From the IMG/VR virus record IMGVR_UViG_3300025608_000998, positions 1 to 28,614 of that record: a stretch of DNA of 28,614 nt. One strand, given 5' to 3'. Position numbers and translations under genes: made by a program. Of the stretch, positions 1 through 8,824 are shown one piece after another. The stretch is from a virus. Taxonomy: Duplodnaviria > Caudoviricetes. A model generated the notes under the pieces. That model ran no database searches. It saw nothing but the letters and a program-made list of their open reading frames with translations, and was not told the origin of the DNA. Position 1 is the stretch's first letter, and each line of letters starts with the position of its first letter.

Positions 1-2
1 AA

Positions 3-2363
3 CAACAGGTTTCAAGACCAAGAGTCAAAGATCGTGGTGATCGTTACGAGTGCGTTGGTGAAGACGGGAAGTGTTTGAAGCAATTTCCATATGACAACAA
101 GAAAGTTTCTGGCAAGTCTGCTCGCTATGAAGCACAACGTTGGGCAGAGAAATACGTTCAAGAAAAGATGAACGAAGAATTCATTCCCGAAAAATCGCCG
201 CCATGGGACGACAGCCGTGGTGACTATGCCAGTGCCGCAAAACACCTCACTGACTATGCCAAGAAGCATGGTGGAATCGACAAGAGAGATTTCCTCGCGA
301 TTGCGAATCAGTTTTCAGCTATGTCAAAGAAGAAAGCTCCAAACGTGGGTGCCAAGATGGCGCAAAACATTGCTGAACTCGACACAGACGTTCGTGAGGT
401 GGTGATTCAGATTTTGCGTTTGAATGGTTTCAAAGTCACAACGAGAGGAACTAGTCTCACAATCGAAGAACTTCAAGAATCACCAATGGTCATTGCAACT
501 ATTCCAAACAACCAGTCTGATCATGTGAAGAAACTCGAAAAACTTTGCAAAGATTTTGGTTGTGAGATCTCAAGAAAAGGTCGCACTGTCACAATCAAAG
601 GTAACAGAATGGATGTTCGAAGAGTTCTCTCGAAGATGGCATACAGTTCTCCAGAAAGCATGATGAAAGTTGTGAAAGAAGAAGTTGAACTTGAAGAAAT
701 GAAGACTGATGCAAAACAGTGGACTCGTGGTGCAATGGCAGTCAAGAAGATTGCTCAAATGCAAATCGCAAAGAGTTGTTCAGCAACATTGAAAGACATG
801 GCACATCAAATGGATGCAATGTCAAAGAGTCCAAACATCCTTCAAGCATCTGGATACATGGCAAAAATCAATCAAGACTATGGTATCTGTACAAGAAGCA
901 CTGATGTCAAAGATGAGTTAGATAAAGCACTCAAGTCTGTTGGTCTGATGGAAGATGCCGATCTAGAAGAACGTGCTGAATTGAGAACAAAAGAAACCTA
1001 CACTGTCATCTACTACGACAAGAACGGCAGAGTCAAAGGTGAGAAAGATTTTGACGACAGAAAGAAAGCAGACAAGTATGCTGAACTTGGCAACTCTCGT
1101 GACAAGGTCGGTGGCAGATACAAAGTAACTGTCGTCAACGAAGACGAACTCGAAGAAGCAAAGGTTGTTTCATTCCGCAAGTTGGACAAGAAAGTCATCG
1201 ACACCTTGAAGTCAATGGACAAAGACGATGCCAAACTGATCATTCAAGGTTTGCCAAAATCAATGCAAAAACAAGCAATGAAGGCAGTCGGAATCAAAGA
1301 AGACGAGATGTCCCCTCCAAAAGTTGACGGTCGCACTCGTGCATACAAAGAAACTGCTGCACGTCTGATGGCGAAGAAACAAATGAGAGAAGCCGATCTT
1401 GAAGAAGCACAATCTCGTGCTCAGATCAGTCGCGACGTTGACAAATATGATCCAAAGAAAGCAGCAGCGATGAAAAAGAAAGCCATTGAAATGGGATATG
1501 GCAAGAAGAATAAGATGAAAGAAGACTCAGGAGTTTCAAAGGAAAAAGAAGACGAGTTTCACAACAAACTCGATGACTTGATGCACAAAACCTTTGGTCC
1601 TTCTCCTGACGAAAAGATGAAAGAATCGACAAAAGAGTACGCCAAGTCTTTGGAGCAACTCGCAAACAAAGCAAAAAGAGAAAAGATCACACCGAAGGAT
1701 CTTGAAACTCTGAGCAAGTTGGCTGATCTGATGAAGAAAGCCAATGAAGAACTGGAAGAGAAGAAAGATGATGATCAAATTCCTTCTGATCATCAGTACA
1801 TGAAAGGCATTGACAAAGACGAAAGAGACGACAAGCAACGTCAAATCGACAAACAAACAAAGATGTCAGACGACGATCCTGATGCATACAAACCAATGCC
1901 AGGAGACACGGACAAAGACGGAAACTTCAAAAAGACCAAAATGTCAAAGCACACCAAGAAGTATCATCAGATGTATGGTGAAGAGCAGTTGGTCGATGAA
2001 GATTTCGTAATCAACGAAGAAGAAGACAACTCGTTGGAAGGCAAGGCGAAGAAGTCTGGCATTCCTTTGGGCATTCTGAAGCAGGTGTACAATCGTGGCA
2101 TGGCTGCTTGGAAAACAGGACATCGTCCTGGAGCATCGCAACAGCAATGGGCGCATGCTCGTGTCAACTCATTCATCACGAAAGGTTCAGGCACTTGGGG
2201 CAAGGCTGACAAAGACTTGGCTGCCAAAGTGAAGAAAGAAGATTGCTGGGATGGATACACTCAGAAAGGCATGAAGATGAAGGGTGGACGTCAAGTCCCC
2301 AACTGTGTGCAAGAAGACACAAGTTTCTACGCAGACTTCATTTCAAAAACAATATTGAAGTGA
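3..2363 (+). CDS. Large modular virion/internal head-type protein, 5'-truncated, with C-terminal DUF5824-like domain
   Basis: Frame is open from nt 3 (QQVSRPRVKDRGDRYECVGEDGKCLKQFPY...), so the TTG at 75 is not the true start. K/E/D-rich with many [LIVM]xE motifs. C-terminal KAKKSGIPLGILKQVYNRGMAAW...QQWAHARVNSFI and CWDGY...KGGRQVPNCV resemble modules I recall from marine T4-like phage proteins. Confidence 0.6.
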   Translation, partial: QQVSRPRVKDRGDRYECVGEDGKCLKQFPYDNKKVSGKSARYEAQRWAEKYVQEKMNEEFIPEKSPPWDDSRGDYASAAKHLTDYAKKHGGIDKRDFLAIANQFSAMSKKKAPNVGAKMAQNIAELDTDVREVVIQILRLNGFKVTTRGTSLTIEELQESPMVIATIPNNQSDHVKKLEKLCKDFGCEISRKGRTVTIKGNRMDVRRVLSKMAYSSPESMMKVVKEEVELEEMKTDAKQWTRGAMAVKKIAQMQIAKSCSATLKDMAHQMDAMSKSPNILQASGYMAKINQDYGICTRSTDVKDELDKALKSVGLMEDADLEERAELRTKETYTVIYYDKNGRVKGEKDFDDRKKADKYAELGNSRDKVGGRYKVTVVNEDELEEAKVVSFRKLDKKVIDTLKSMDKDDAKLIIQGLPKSMQKQAMKAVGIKEDEMSPPKVDGRTRAYKETAARLMAKKQMREADLEEAQSRAQISRDVDKYDPKKAAAMKKKAIEMGYGKKNKMKEDSGVSKEKEDEFHNKLDDLMHKTFGPSPDEKMKESTKEYAKSLEQLANKAKREKITPKDLETLSKLADLMKKANEELEEKKDDDQIPSDHQYMKGIDKDERDDKQRQIDKQTKMSDDDPDAYKPMPGDTDKDGNFKKTKMSKHTKKYHQMYGEEQLVDEDFVINEEEDNSLEGKAKKSGIPLGILKQVYNRGMAAWKTGHRPGASQQQWAHARVNSFITKGSGTWGKADKDLAAKVKKEDCWDGYTQKGMKMKGGRQVPNCVQEDTSFYADFISKTILK

Positions 2364-2370
2364 CTATAAC
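2342..2370 (+). promoter_or_regulatory. AAA-N16-CTATAAC promoter-like motif heading the glycan cluster (leaderless start)
   Basis: TTCAAAAACAATATTGAAGTGACTATAAC; the ATG at 2377 lies 6 nt after TATAAC. Confidence 0.65.
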
Positions 2371-2376
2371 ACAGGC

Positions 2377-3216
2377 ATGAAAGTAAAATTATATGATGAA
2401 TATGGCGCACTCAATTCTGTACCTGTTTTTGATGCTTTTCGGAGGGGTCTTGATCATGTTGGTGACAATACCACTGATCGTTTTGATGATGCCGATGTTG
2501 TTGTTATTTGGAGCATTCTCTTTTCTGGGAGAATGGAACCAAACGGACGAATCTGGAAGAAAGCGCATGCTGTCAAGAAACCATGCGTGGTTCTGGAAAT
2601 CGGAGCGTTAGAAAGAAACATCAGTTGGAAGGTTGGTCTCAACGGAATCAACCGCAAAGCCACTTGGGTCAAACCTTTCGAAGAGAATCGTTTCGACAGA
2701 TTCAACATCGATGTCAAACCTTGGAAAGATGATGGTGAGTTCATCACCATCTGTACTCAACGTCCAGATTCAACTCAATGGCCAAAAGACTTGACTATCG
2801 AAAAATGGGTCAAAGAACAAATCGAATATTGTCATGACATGGAGTTCAACAGGCCAATCGTTGTTCGTCCTCATCCAAGAGACAAACGCACAAACTTTTC
2901 TTTCCTCGCCAAAATGGAAAACATCTTCTTTGATGCACCTCAAATGGTGTTGGGAACATATGATTCCTACAATCACAATGAAACATTTGATCGTTCTTGG
3001 ATGGTGATGAATCACTCATCAGGTCCAGGAGTTCAAGCAGCATTGAATGGAATCAATGTTGTGGTTTCACCTGACTCTCTTGCTCACGATGTCGACTTCC
3101 GAAAAGAAACGCATCCTGATCGTACACAATGGCTCAACATGCTCGCTCACACTGAGTGGTATCTTGAGGAAATCGCGGAAGGCACACCATGGAAGCATCT
3201 CAAAGACTCTCTCTGA
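2377..3216 (+). CDS. KpsS/KpsC-like (capsule synthesis-type) glycosyltransferase
   Basis: Motifs CTQRPDSTQ, VVRPHP and NHSSGPGVQAALNG resemble the Q...Q / HP / NS..G.EA...G pattern of KpsS-like proteins. Confidence 0.5.
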   Translation: MKVKLYDEYGALNSVPVFDAFRRGLDHVGDNTTDRFDDADVVVIWSILFSGRMEPNGRIWKKAHAVKKPCVVLEIGALERNISWKVGLNGINRKATWVKPFEENRFDRFNIDVKPWKDDGEFITICTQRPDSTQWPKDLTIEKWVKEQIEYCHDMEFNRPIVVRPHPRDKRTNFSFLAKMENIFFDAPQMVLGTYDSYNHNETFDRSWMVMNHSSGPGVQAALNGINVVVSPDSLAHDVDFRKETHPDRTQWLNMLAHTEWYLEEIAEGTPWKHLKDSL

Positions 3217-3989
3217 TCTATCCCAAAGAATCGCCCAAAATGTCTCGCATCTTTGCTGCTCTTGAAGAAGGTTGGCCAGGAGCGAAGATCAACTCCTATG
3301 AGTATGATCGATTCGTGTTGTGGGGTTTGATCGCCAACAATCTGATGTACATGATCAATCCATATATTTTTTGCGATATGCCCTATAACGGTAGGTATGA
3401 CCCAAACAATGAAGACTGGGACAACACCTTCTGGCGTTGGTGCTACGACGGTCTTCATGACAACAGAAAACTTGATGTTCCCATTGATCGTTTTGAGCAA
3501 TGGGGTCGAAAAGTCAAACCATGGCAAACAGATGGAGAACACATACTGATATGTCCAAGTTCGGAAACAATGACAAGAGTGATGCATTCAATGTCAGTGG
3601 ACTCATGGGTCGAAATGGTTCAAAAGGAGCTAAGTTCCTTCACAAATCTTCCCATCAAAGTGAGAAAGAAGCCACGGAAGAATGGCACAAGTGGACCTTC
3701 GGTGGCAGACACCCCAATCGAAAAGGATCTTGAAGGTGCTGCAGCATTGATCACATCAGGCAGTTTGACTGCTGTTGATGCTTTGATTGAAGGTGTCCCT
3801 GTGTTCACCACCAAACCTGAAGTCTGCCCTGCGGCATGGTGCTCAAACACTGACTTCAGTCAAATAAATACTCCAGTGCTGTTCGATAGAGAACAGCTTT
3901 TTGCGAACCTTGCGTACAAACAATACAGCATCAAAGAGATGCGAGATGGAACCTGTTATGAAATGTCACGTCGATTTCTTGACGATTAA
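3189..3989 (+). CDS. KpsS-like glycosyltransferase paralog
   Basis: Shares layout with its neighbours (VKPWQTDGEHILIC, VRKKP, TSGSLTAVDALIEGVPVF, R.Q.F.NLAY.Q). RBS GGAAGG upstream. Confidence 0.5.
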   Translation: MEASQRLSLIYPKESPKMSRIFAALEEGWPGAKINSYEYDRFVLWGLIANNLMYMINPYIFCDMPYNGRYDPNNEDWDNTFWRWCYDGLHDNRKLDVPIDRFEQWGRKVKPWQTDGEHILICPSSETMTRVMHSMSVDSWVEMVQKELSSFTNLPIKVRKKPRKNGTSGPSVADTPIEKDLEGAAALITSGSLTAVDALIEGVPVFTTKPEVCPAAWCSNTDFSQINTPVLFDREQLFANLAYKQYSIKEMRDGTCYEMSRRFLDD

Positions 3990-4890
3990 GTCAGGAAAGA
4001 GAAACGATCCTCAAAATGAAATCACTGCTGCCTTCCTCGCACTGAAGGAAGCGATTCAGAAATCACCCCACACCTATGTCGAAAACTCCGATGAAGCGGA
4101 AGTCGTGTTTGTTTTCGGCTCAATTACTCAGAGAAAACTAGACACTGAAAGAGCGCAAAGAATCGTCAAGCACAGACTTGCCGGAAAGAAAATCTTGGCT
4201 CTTGACACAGGACTGTTTTCAACATACATCAGAAACGGCATCAACAGAAACGAAACTGGATTCTTCCGGATCGGTCTTGGTGATGTCACAGGAGAAGGAA
4301 ACTTCCTCAATGAAAACTCAACGAACGAAAGATACGAATGGTTCAAAGAAACATTCAAATTCAAAGAACGACAACCCTCTGCTGACCACAACAAACCTAT
4401 CCTATTCATTCTGCAATCCGAAAGGGGATGGCAGTACGACAACCAAGAACCTTTCTTCAAGTGGGCTCAGGACACTGTTGATAGAATCAGATCCATTACC
4501 TCTCGAAGAATTATTCTCAGAGCACATCCAAATATCGACCGAAATCCAACTGAGTGGATTGCCAGAAGACATGCAAACATTGGAATCACTCATGGAGATC
4601 GTAGCAGAAGAACTGTCATTGACGCGATCAGAGAGAGTTCAGCAGTTGTCACCCATTCTTCTTCTGCTGCTGTCGAGTCAATTGTTGAAGGCATCCCCAC
4701 CTTCGCACTTGACAAAAGATGCGTCGCTTGGGAAGCATGCAGCGGAGACCTCACAGGACTGATTCACGCAGAAGACTTTGATTGGTCGAAAAGAGAACAA
4801 ATTCTGAACAACTGGGCGATGACAAGTTGGAACGTTGAAGAATTGAAGAACCCAAACCTTATTGAATACTACATGGAGAAAATAAAATGA
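3958..4890 (+). CDS. KpsS-like glycosyltransferase paralog
   Basis: FILQSERGWQ, LRAHP and VTHSSSAAVESIVEGIPTF. Start uncertain (3946 or 3958). Confidence 0.5.
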   Translation: MKCHVDFLTIKSGKRNDPQNEITAAFLALKEAIQKSPHTYVENSDEAEVVFVFGSITQRKLDTERAQRIVKHRLAGKKILALDTGLFSTYIRNGINRNETGFFRIGLGDVTGEGNFLNENSTNERYEWFKETFKFKERQPSADHNKPILFILQSERGWQYDNQEPFFKWAQDTVDRIRSITSRRIILRAHPNIDRNPTEWIARRHANIGITHGDRSRRTVIDAIRESSAVVTHSSSAAVESIVEGIPTFALDKRCVAWEACSGDLTGLIHAEDFDWSKREQILNNWAMTSWNVEELKNPNLIEYYMEKIK

Positions 4891-5483
4891 GAAGAATGAG
4901 ATATGAATACATTCTGGATGTAATCGACATTCTGAAACCAGAAAGCATCATTGAGATCGGTGTCGCCAAAGGTGTGAACGCAGTGAAGATGGTTCAGAAA
5001 GCTGGATTCAATGTTGAGTACACAGGATATGACGTGTTTGACTATTCAGACAAAGAGTGGCATCACATGGTCGGCAACGGCAAAGAATCAAAACCAGTCG
5101 AGCACATTCGCAAAATGGTTGAGCCACTTTGCTCCGAAACAACTCTTGTCAAAGGCATGACACAAGACACTCTTTGGAGTAATCCAAAAGAAGCAGATCT
5201 TGTTTTCCTTGATGGTGATCATCGCGTTGATGCGATTCAAGGTGACTTCGATGCAGTCAAAAACTCAAAAGTCGTGATCTTCGATGACTATTACATTGAT
5301 GGAAAGCACTCTGATTACGAGATTGACAAGTTTGGTTGTAATCAGGTTGTTGAAAAACTTGGCGATTTCGCAGTCACACCGTTGACTCAGAAAGTTGGTC
5401 ATGTTCGTCTTGCGGTTTGGTGCAATCCTGATCACATCGATGAAGAAACAAAACAGAAAATTGAAAAGGCTGTGACACAATGA
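4887..5483 (+). CDS. Class I SAM-dependent methyltransferase (Methyltransf_24-like)
   Basis: IIEIGVAKG motif I, YTGYD, DLVFLDGDH and VIFDDY. Confidence 0.8.
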   Translation: MRRMRYEYILDVIDILKPESIIEIGVAKGVNAVKMVQKAGFNVEYTGYDVFDYSDKEWHHMVGNGKESKPVEHIRKMVEPLCSETTLVKGMTQDTLWSNPKEADLVFLDGDHRVDAIQGDFDAVKNSKVVIFDDYYIDGKHSDYEIDKFGCNQVVEKLGDFAVTPLTQKVGHVRLAVWCNPDHIDEETKQKIEKAVTQ

Positions 5484-6484
5484 AAACTGCGTTCCTGACT
5501 GGCATCAGTGGACAGGATGGCGGATACCTCGCTGAACTTCTTTTGGAGAAGGGATACGAGGTGACTGCGATCATGAGAAGAAATGCCGGAAACGACATGT
5601 CAAGATTCGAGCATTTGCTTGACAACAAGAATCTTGATCTTCGATATGGTGACTTGACTGATTCAAGTTCTCTTCAAAACATTTTCAATCACAAGAAGTT
5701 CGACGAGGTCTACAACCTCGCTGCTCAAAGTCACGTTCGAATCTCTTTTGACATTCCTGAATACACAGGTGAAGTTGATGCTCTGGGAACAACGAGACTG
5801 CTTGAAGCGATTCGCAACTCAGGAAACATTGAGCACACTCGGTTCTATCAAGCATCGACTTCTGAGTTGTACGGCAAAGTTGTTGAGACTCCTCAAACCG
5901 AGAACACTCCTTTCTATCCTCGCTCGCCATATGGTGTTGCGAAGTTGTACTCATTCTGGATCGTCAAGAACTATCGTGAGTCGTATGGTCTTCATGGTTC
6001 AAACGGAATTTTGTTCAATCACGAATCTCCATGGCGTGGGAGCGATTTCGTGACGCAGAAGATCATCAAGGGTGTTGCTGAAATCTTCAGAGGCAATCAG
6101 AAAAAGATTTCTCTTGGCAACTTGGACGCTCAACGTGACTGGGGTCATGCCAAAGACTACGTTCGTGGTATGTGGCAGATGCTTCAACAACCAGAGGGTG
6201 GTGACTATGTTCTGGCGACTGGTGAACTTCACTCAGTTCGTGAGTTGGTTGAGATCGCATTCAGAAGAATCGGTCAAGACATCACTTGGGAAGGAAGTGG
6301 CGTGAACGAAGTTGGATACAATCCGAAAGGCGAAGTCGTTGTTGACGTCAACGAAAAGTTCTATCGACCTGCTGAGGTTGAGTTGCTCTTGGGCGATCCT
6401 TCGAAGGCAGAAAAAGAACTTGGTTGGACACGCGAATATGATTTCGCTGATCTTGTGAAAGACATGATGGACGCATCAATATGA
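5480..6484 (+). CDS. gmd: GDP-mannose 4,6-dehydratase
   Basis: TGISGQDGGYLAELLL, YNLAAQSHV, QASTSELYG, SPYGVAKLY, GNLDAQRDWGHA and YRPAEVELLLGD. Confidence 0.97.
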   Translation: MKTAFLTGISGQDGGYLAELLLEKGYEVTAIMRRNAGNDMSRFEHLLDNKNLDLRYGDLTDSSSLQNIFNHKKFDEVYNLAAQSHVRISFDIPEYTGEVDALGTTRLLEAIRNSGNIEHTRFYQASTSELYGKVVETPQTENTPFYPRSPYGVAKLYSFWIVKNYRESYGLHGSNGILFNHESPWRGSDFVTQKIIKGVAEIFRGNQKKISLGNLDAQRDWGHAKDYVRGMWQMLQQPEGGDYVLATGELHSVRELVEIAFRRIGQDITWEGSGVNEVGYNPKGEVVVDVNEKFYRPAEVELLLGDPSKAEKELGWTREYDFADLVKDMMDASI

Positions 6485-7248
6485 AACACACAGTGATGAT
6501 GACATTCCCAAGCTGGAAGTGGGAAGAGTATGGAAAGTACTGTCTTCCAACTGCCGATGAGTTTTGGCCAGAAGAAATGGATGTCATCGCGATCGTTGAG
6601 AAACCTGAGGACATTCCCGTTCAGGTTTCTGAACGAGTGAAGATCATCGACTTCGATGAAGCAGTCGGTGAAAGGTTGAAAGCATTCGAAGAAAGGAACA
6701 AAGACAAAGACATCTTTGACCTCGGAACGAAGGGCAACATTGGAGTTCAAGCAGCCAAGTTCGCGAGAAAGGCATATGCTCAGTTGCACGTTCTCGAACA
6801 AACAACCGAAGGGTATGTCTGGTTCATCGACGGTGACGTGAAGATCCTTCAACCGATCACTGTTGAGATGCTTGACAAACTGACTTCAACTGATGCTGAC
6901 ATTGGTTGTCTTCCTCGCTGGTGGAAACCTCAGGGATACACTGAGACTGGTTTCATTTTCTGGAACACAGAGAAGCCAAACTTTGGTGAGTGGTGCCGCA
7001 GATATGCTGAGTGCTATGATCACGATCGCATCTTCGAGTATGATGCTTGGCACGACTGCATCGCGTTTGATCACGCCACGAAGTCAATGCTGAAAGAAGG
7101 ATTGATTGAGATCGTTGATCTCGGATATGGCGTCAAGTCAAATCATCCTTTGGTCAGTGGACCTTTGGGCAAGTACTTTGATCACATGAAGGGTGGTCGC
7201 AAGTTCGTTGGTGAAAGCAAAGAAAGAGTGAGAGTGCACGGAAGATGA
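6481..7248 (+). CDS. Putative GT-A fold glycosyltransferase
   Basis: VWFIDGD (DxD), YTETGF, WHDCIAFD and DHMKG; located within the glycan cluster. Confidence 0.55.
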   Translation: MKHTVMMTFPSWKWEEYGKYCLPTADEFWPEEMDVIAIVEKPEDIPVQVSERVKIIDFDEAVGERLKAFEERNKDKDIFDLGTKGNIGVQAAKFARKAYAQLHVLEQTTEGYVWFIDGDVKILQPITVEMLDKLTSTDADIGCLPRWWKPQGYTETGFIFWNTEKPNFGEWCRRYAECYDHDRIFEYDAWHDCIAFDHATKSMLKEGLIEIVDLGYGVKSNHPLVSGPLGKYFDHMKGGRKFVGESKERVRVHGR

Positions 7249-8009
7249 AGATCGGAATCATTTCAGGTGGATTTGACCCCATTCATTCGGGGCATGTGAA
7301 CTACATTCGAGCAGCAAAGAAGGCATGTGATTTCTTGGTTGTTGGTGTGAACTCAGATGAGTGGTTGATTCGAAAGAAGGGTCGACCATTCATGCCGTTC
7401 AACGATCGTCTTCAGATTCTCAAAGCAATGCATGATGTCAACTTCGCGACTGAGTTCAATGACGATGACGGTTCAGCGTTCGACGTGATCGAGAGAGCAG
7501 CAGCAATGTTTCCTGACGGACAGTTGATCTTCATGAACGGTGGCGATCGAACAAAGACGAACATTCCGGAAATGGATTTGGCCGAAGCATCAGGTTTCGA
7601 CATTGAGTTCAAGTTCGGTGTTGGCGGAAAGAACAAAATGAACTCTTCGTCATGGATTCTTGAAGACTGGAAGAATCCCAAGACTGAACGTCCTTGGGGT
7701 TGGTATCGGGTTCTTGATGAAGGCGAAGGATGGGCGGTCAAGGAACTCACCATCATGCCAGGAAAGTCTTTGTCAGATCAGAGGCACACTCATAGATCCG
7801 AGCATTGGCATGTTGTTCAAGGTCAGGTTCACGTTGACACTGAGTGGATGGGTTTGAAGCACACGTCTGTGATTGATCCAACTCAGAGTTTCGACATTGG
7901 AAAACAAGTCTGGCACCGTGCCTATAACAAAGGAAAGACTCCAGCAAAGGTGGTTGAGACTTGGTTTGGAGATGTCCTCACAGAGGAAGACATCGAGAGA
8001 AGAAAATGA
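7245..8009 (+). CDS. Cytidylyl/adenylyltransferase (RfaE domain II/TagD-like) fused to mannose-6-phosphate isomerase type II cupin
   Basis: N-terminal SGGFDPIHSGH and GVNSDEWL..KKGRP; C-terminal ERPWGWYRVL...SLSDQRHTHRSEHW. Confidence 0.85.
   Translation: MKIGIISGGFDPIHSGHVNYIRAAKKACDFLVVGVNSDEWLIRKKGRPFMPFNDRLQILKAMHDVNFATEFNDDDGSAFDVIERAAAMFPDGQLIFMNGGDRTKTNIPEMDLAEASGFDIEFKFGVGGKNKMNSSSWILEDWKNPKTERPWGWYRVLDEGEGWAVKELTIMPGKSLSDQRHTHRSEHWHVVQGQVHVDTEWMGLKHTSVIDPTQSFDIGKQVWHRAYNKGKTPAKVVETWFGDVLTEEDIERRK
7900..7928 (+). promoter_or_regulatory. A-tract/CTATAAC promoter-like motif
   Basis: GAAAACAAGTCTGGCACCGTGCCTATAAC, ending ~77 nt before the ATG at 8006. Confidence 0.4.
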
Positions 8010-8680
8010 CAAAACTAGACAAAGTTTTCGTTGGATGGGACAGTCGTGAAGACATTGCGTTTCAAGCATGCGTTCATTCAATCAAGAAATACAATCAGAA
8101 CATCGAAGTGTTGCCGATCAGACAATATGAAGTCAGAGATTCAGGACACTATTGGCGTGAAGATGACAAGAAGGGTTCGACTGAGTTCACTCTGACTCGT
8201 TTCCTTGTTCCTGCTCTTTCAAACTATGAAGGATTTTCAGTGTTCATGGATTGTGACATGATTCTTCGAGCAGACATTGGTAAGATCATGGAACAGGTCG
8301 AAGAAGAAAATCTTGTTTCATGTGTTCAACACGATTATTCACCTGAGACGATGATCAAAATGGACGGAAAGGTGCAACACATGTATCCTCGCAAAAACTG
8401 GTCATCGGTCATGGTTTTCAACAACGAGAAGTGCAAAGAAGCACTCAATCTGCACGTTGTGAATGAAGAGACTCCTCAGTTCTTGCACAGAATGAACTGG
8501 GCGGGAGAGAAGATTGGTTCGCTTGACTGTGAGTGGAACTATCTTGTCGGGTACTATCACAGTCGCGAACATCCAAAGTTGATTCACTACACAGATGGTG
8601 GACCTTGGTTCCACAACTATCGAGATGTTGATTATGCAGAACTTTGGAAAGATGAAGTCAGACAATGGTTGGAGTTATAG
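8006..8680 (+). CDS. Glycosyltransferase (GT8-like)
   Basis: VFVGWDSRE, STEFTLTRFLVP, FMDCDM, YPRKNWSSVM and IHYTDGGPW. ATG at 8006 overlaps the upstream TGA. Confidence 0.8.
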   Translation: MTKLDKVFVGWDSREDIAFQACVHSIKKYNQNIEVLPIRQYEVRDSGHYWREDDKKGSTEFTLTRFLVPALSNYEGFSVFMDCDMILRADIGKIMEQVEEENLVSCVQHDYSPETMIKMDGKVQHMYPRKNWSSVMVFNNEKCKEALNLHVVNEETPQFLHRMNWAGEKIGSLDCEWNYLVGYYHSREHPKLIHYTDGGPWFHNYRDVDYAELWKDEVRQWLEL

Positions 8681-8824
8681 ATGGCGAAGCAAACAAGTCT
8701 CGGTACGTCCTGGACACCTGAGATCAATAAGAAAGGAACAAGCATTGGAAGAAAAAACGTCAAACTTTCTTCAATGAACAAAGCAAAGAAACGCAGTTAC
8801 AAAAAGTATCGTGGTCAAGGATGA
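8681..8824 (+). CDS. Small basic protein, 47 aa (ends KKYRGQG); not in the ORF track
   Basis: Hand-translated MAKQTSLGTSWTPEINKKGTSIGRKNVKLSSMNKAKKRSYKKYRGQG. GGAG RBS; fills the gap exactly, with an ATGA overlap into kdsA. Confidence 0.8.
   Translation: MAKQTSLGTSWTPEINKKGTSIGRKNVKLSSMNKAKKRSYKKYRGQG

Noticed and set aside
3361-3389. CCCTATAAC as another copy of the promoter motif
   Set aside because: It lacks the upstream A-tract, lies mid-gene, and is explained by Pro-Tyr-Asn codons.
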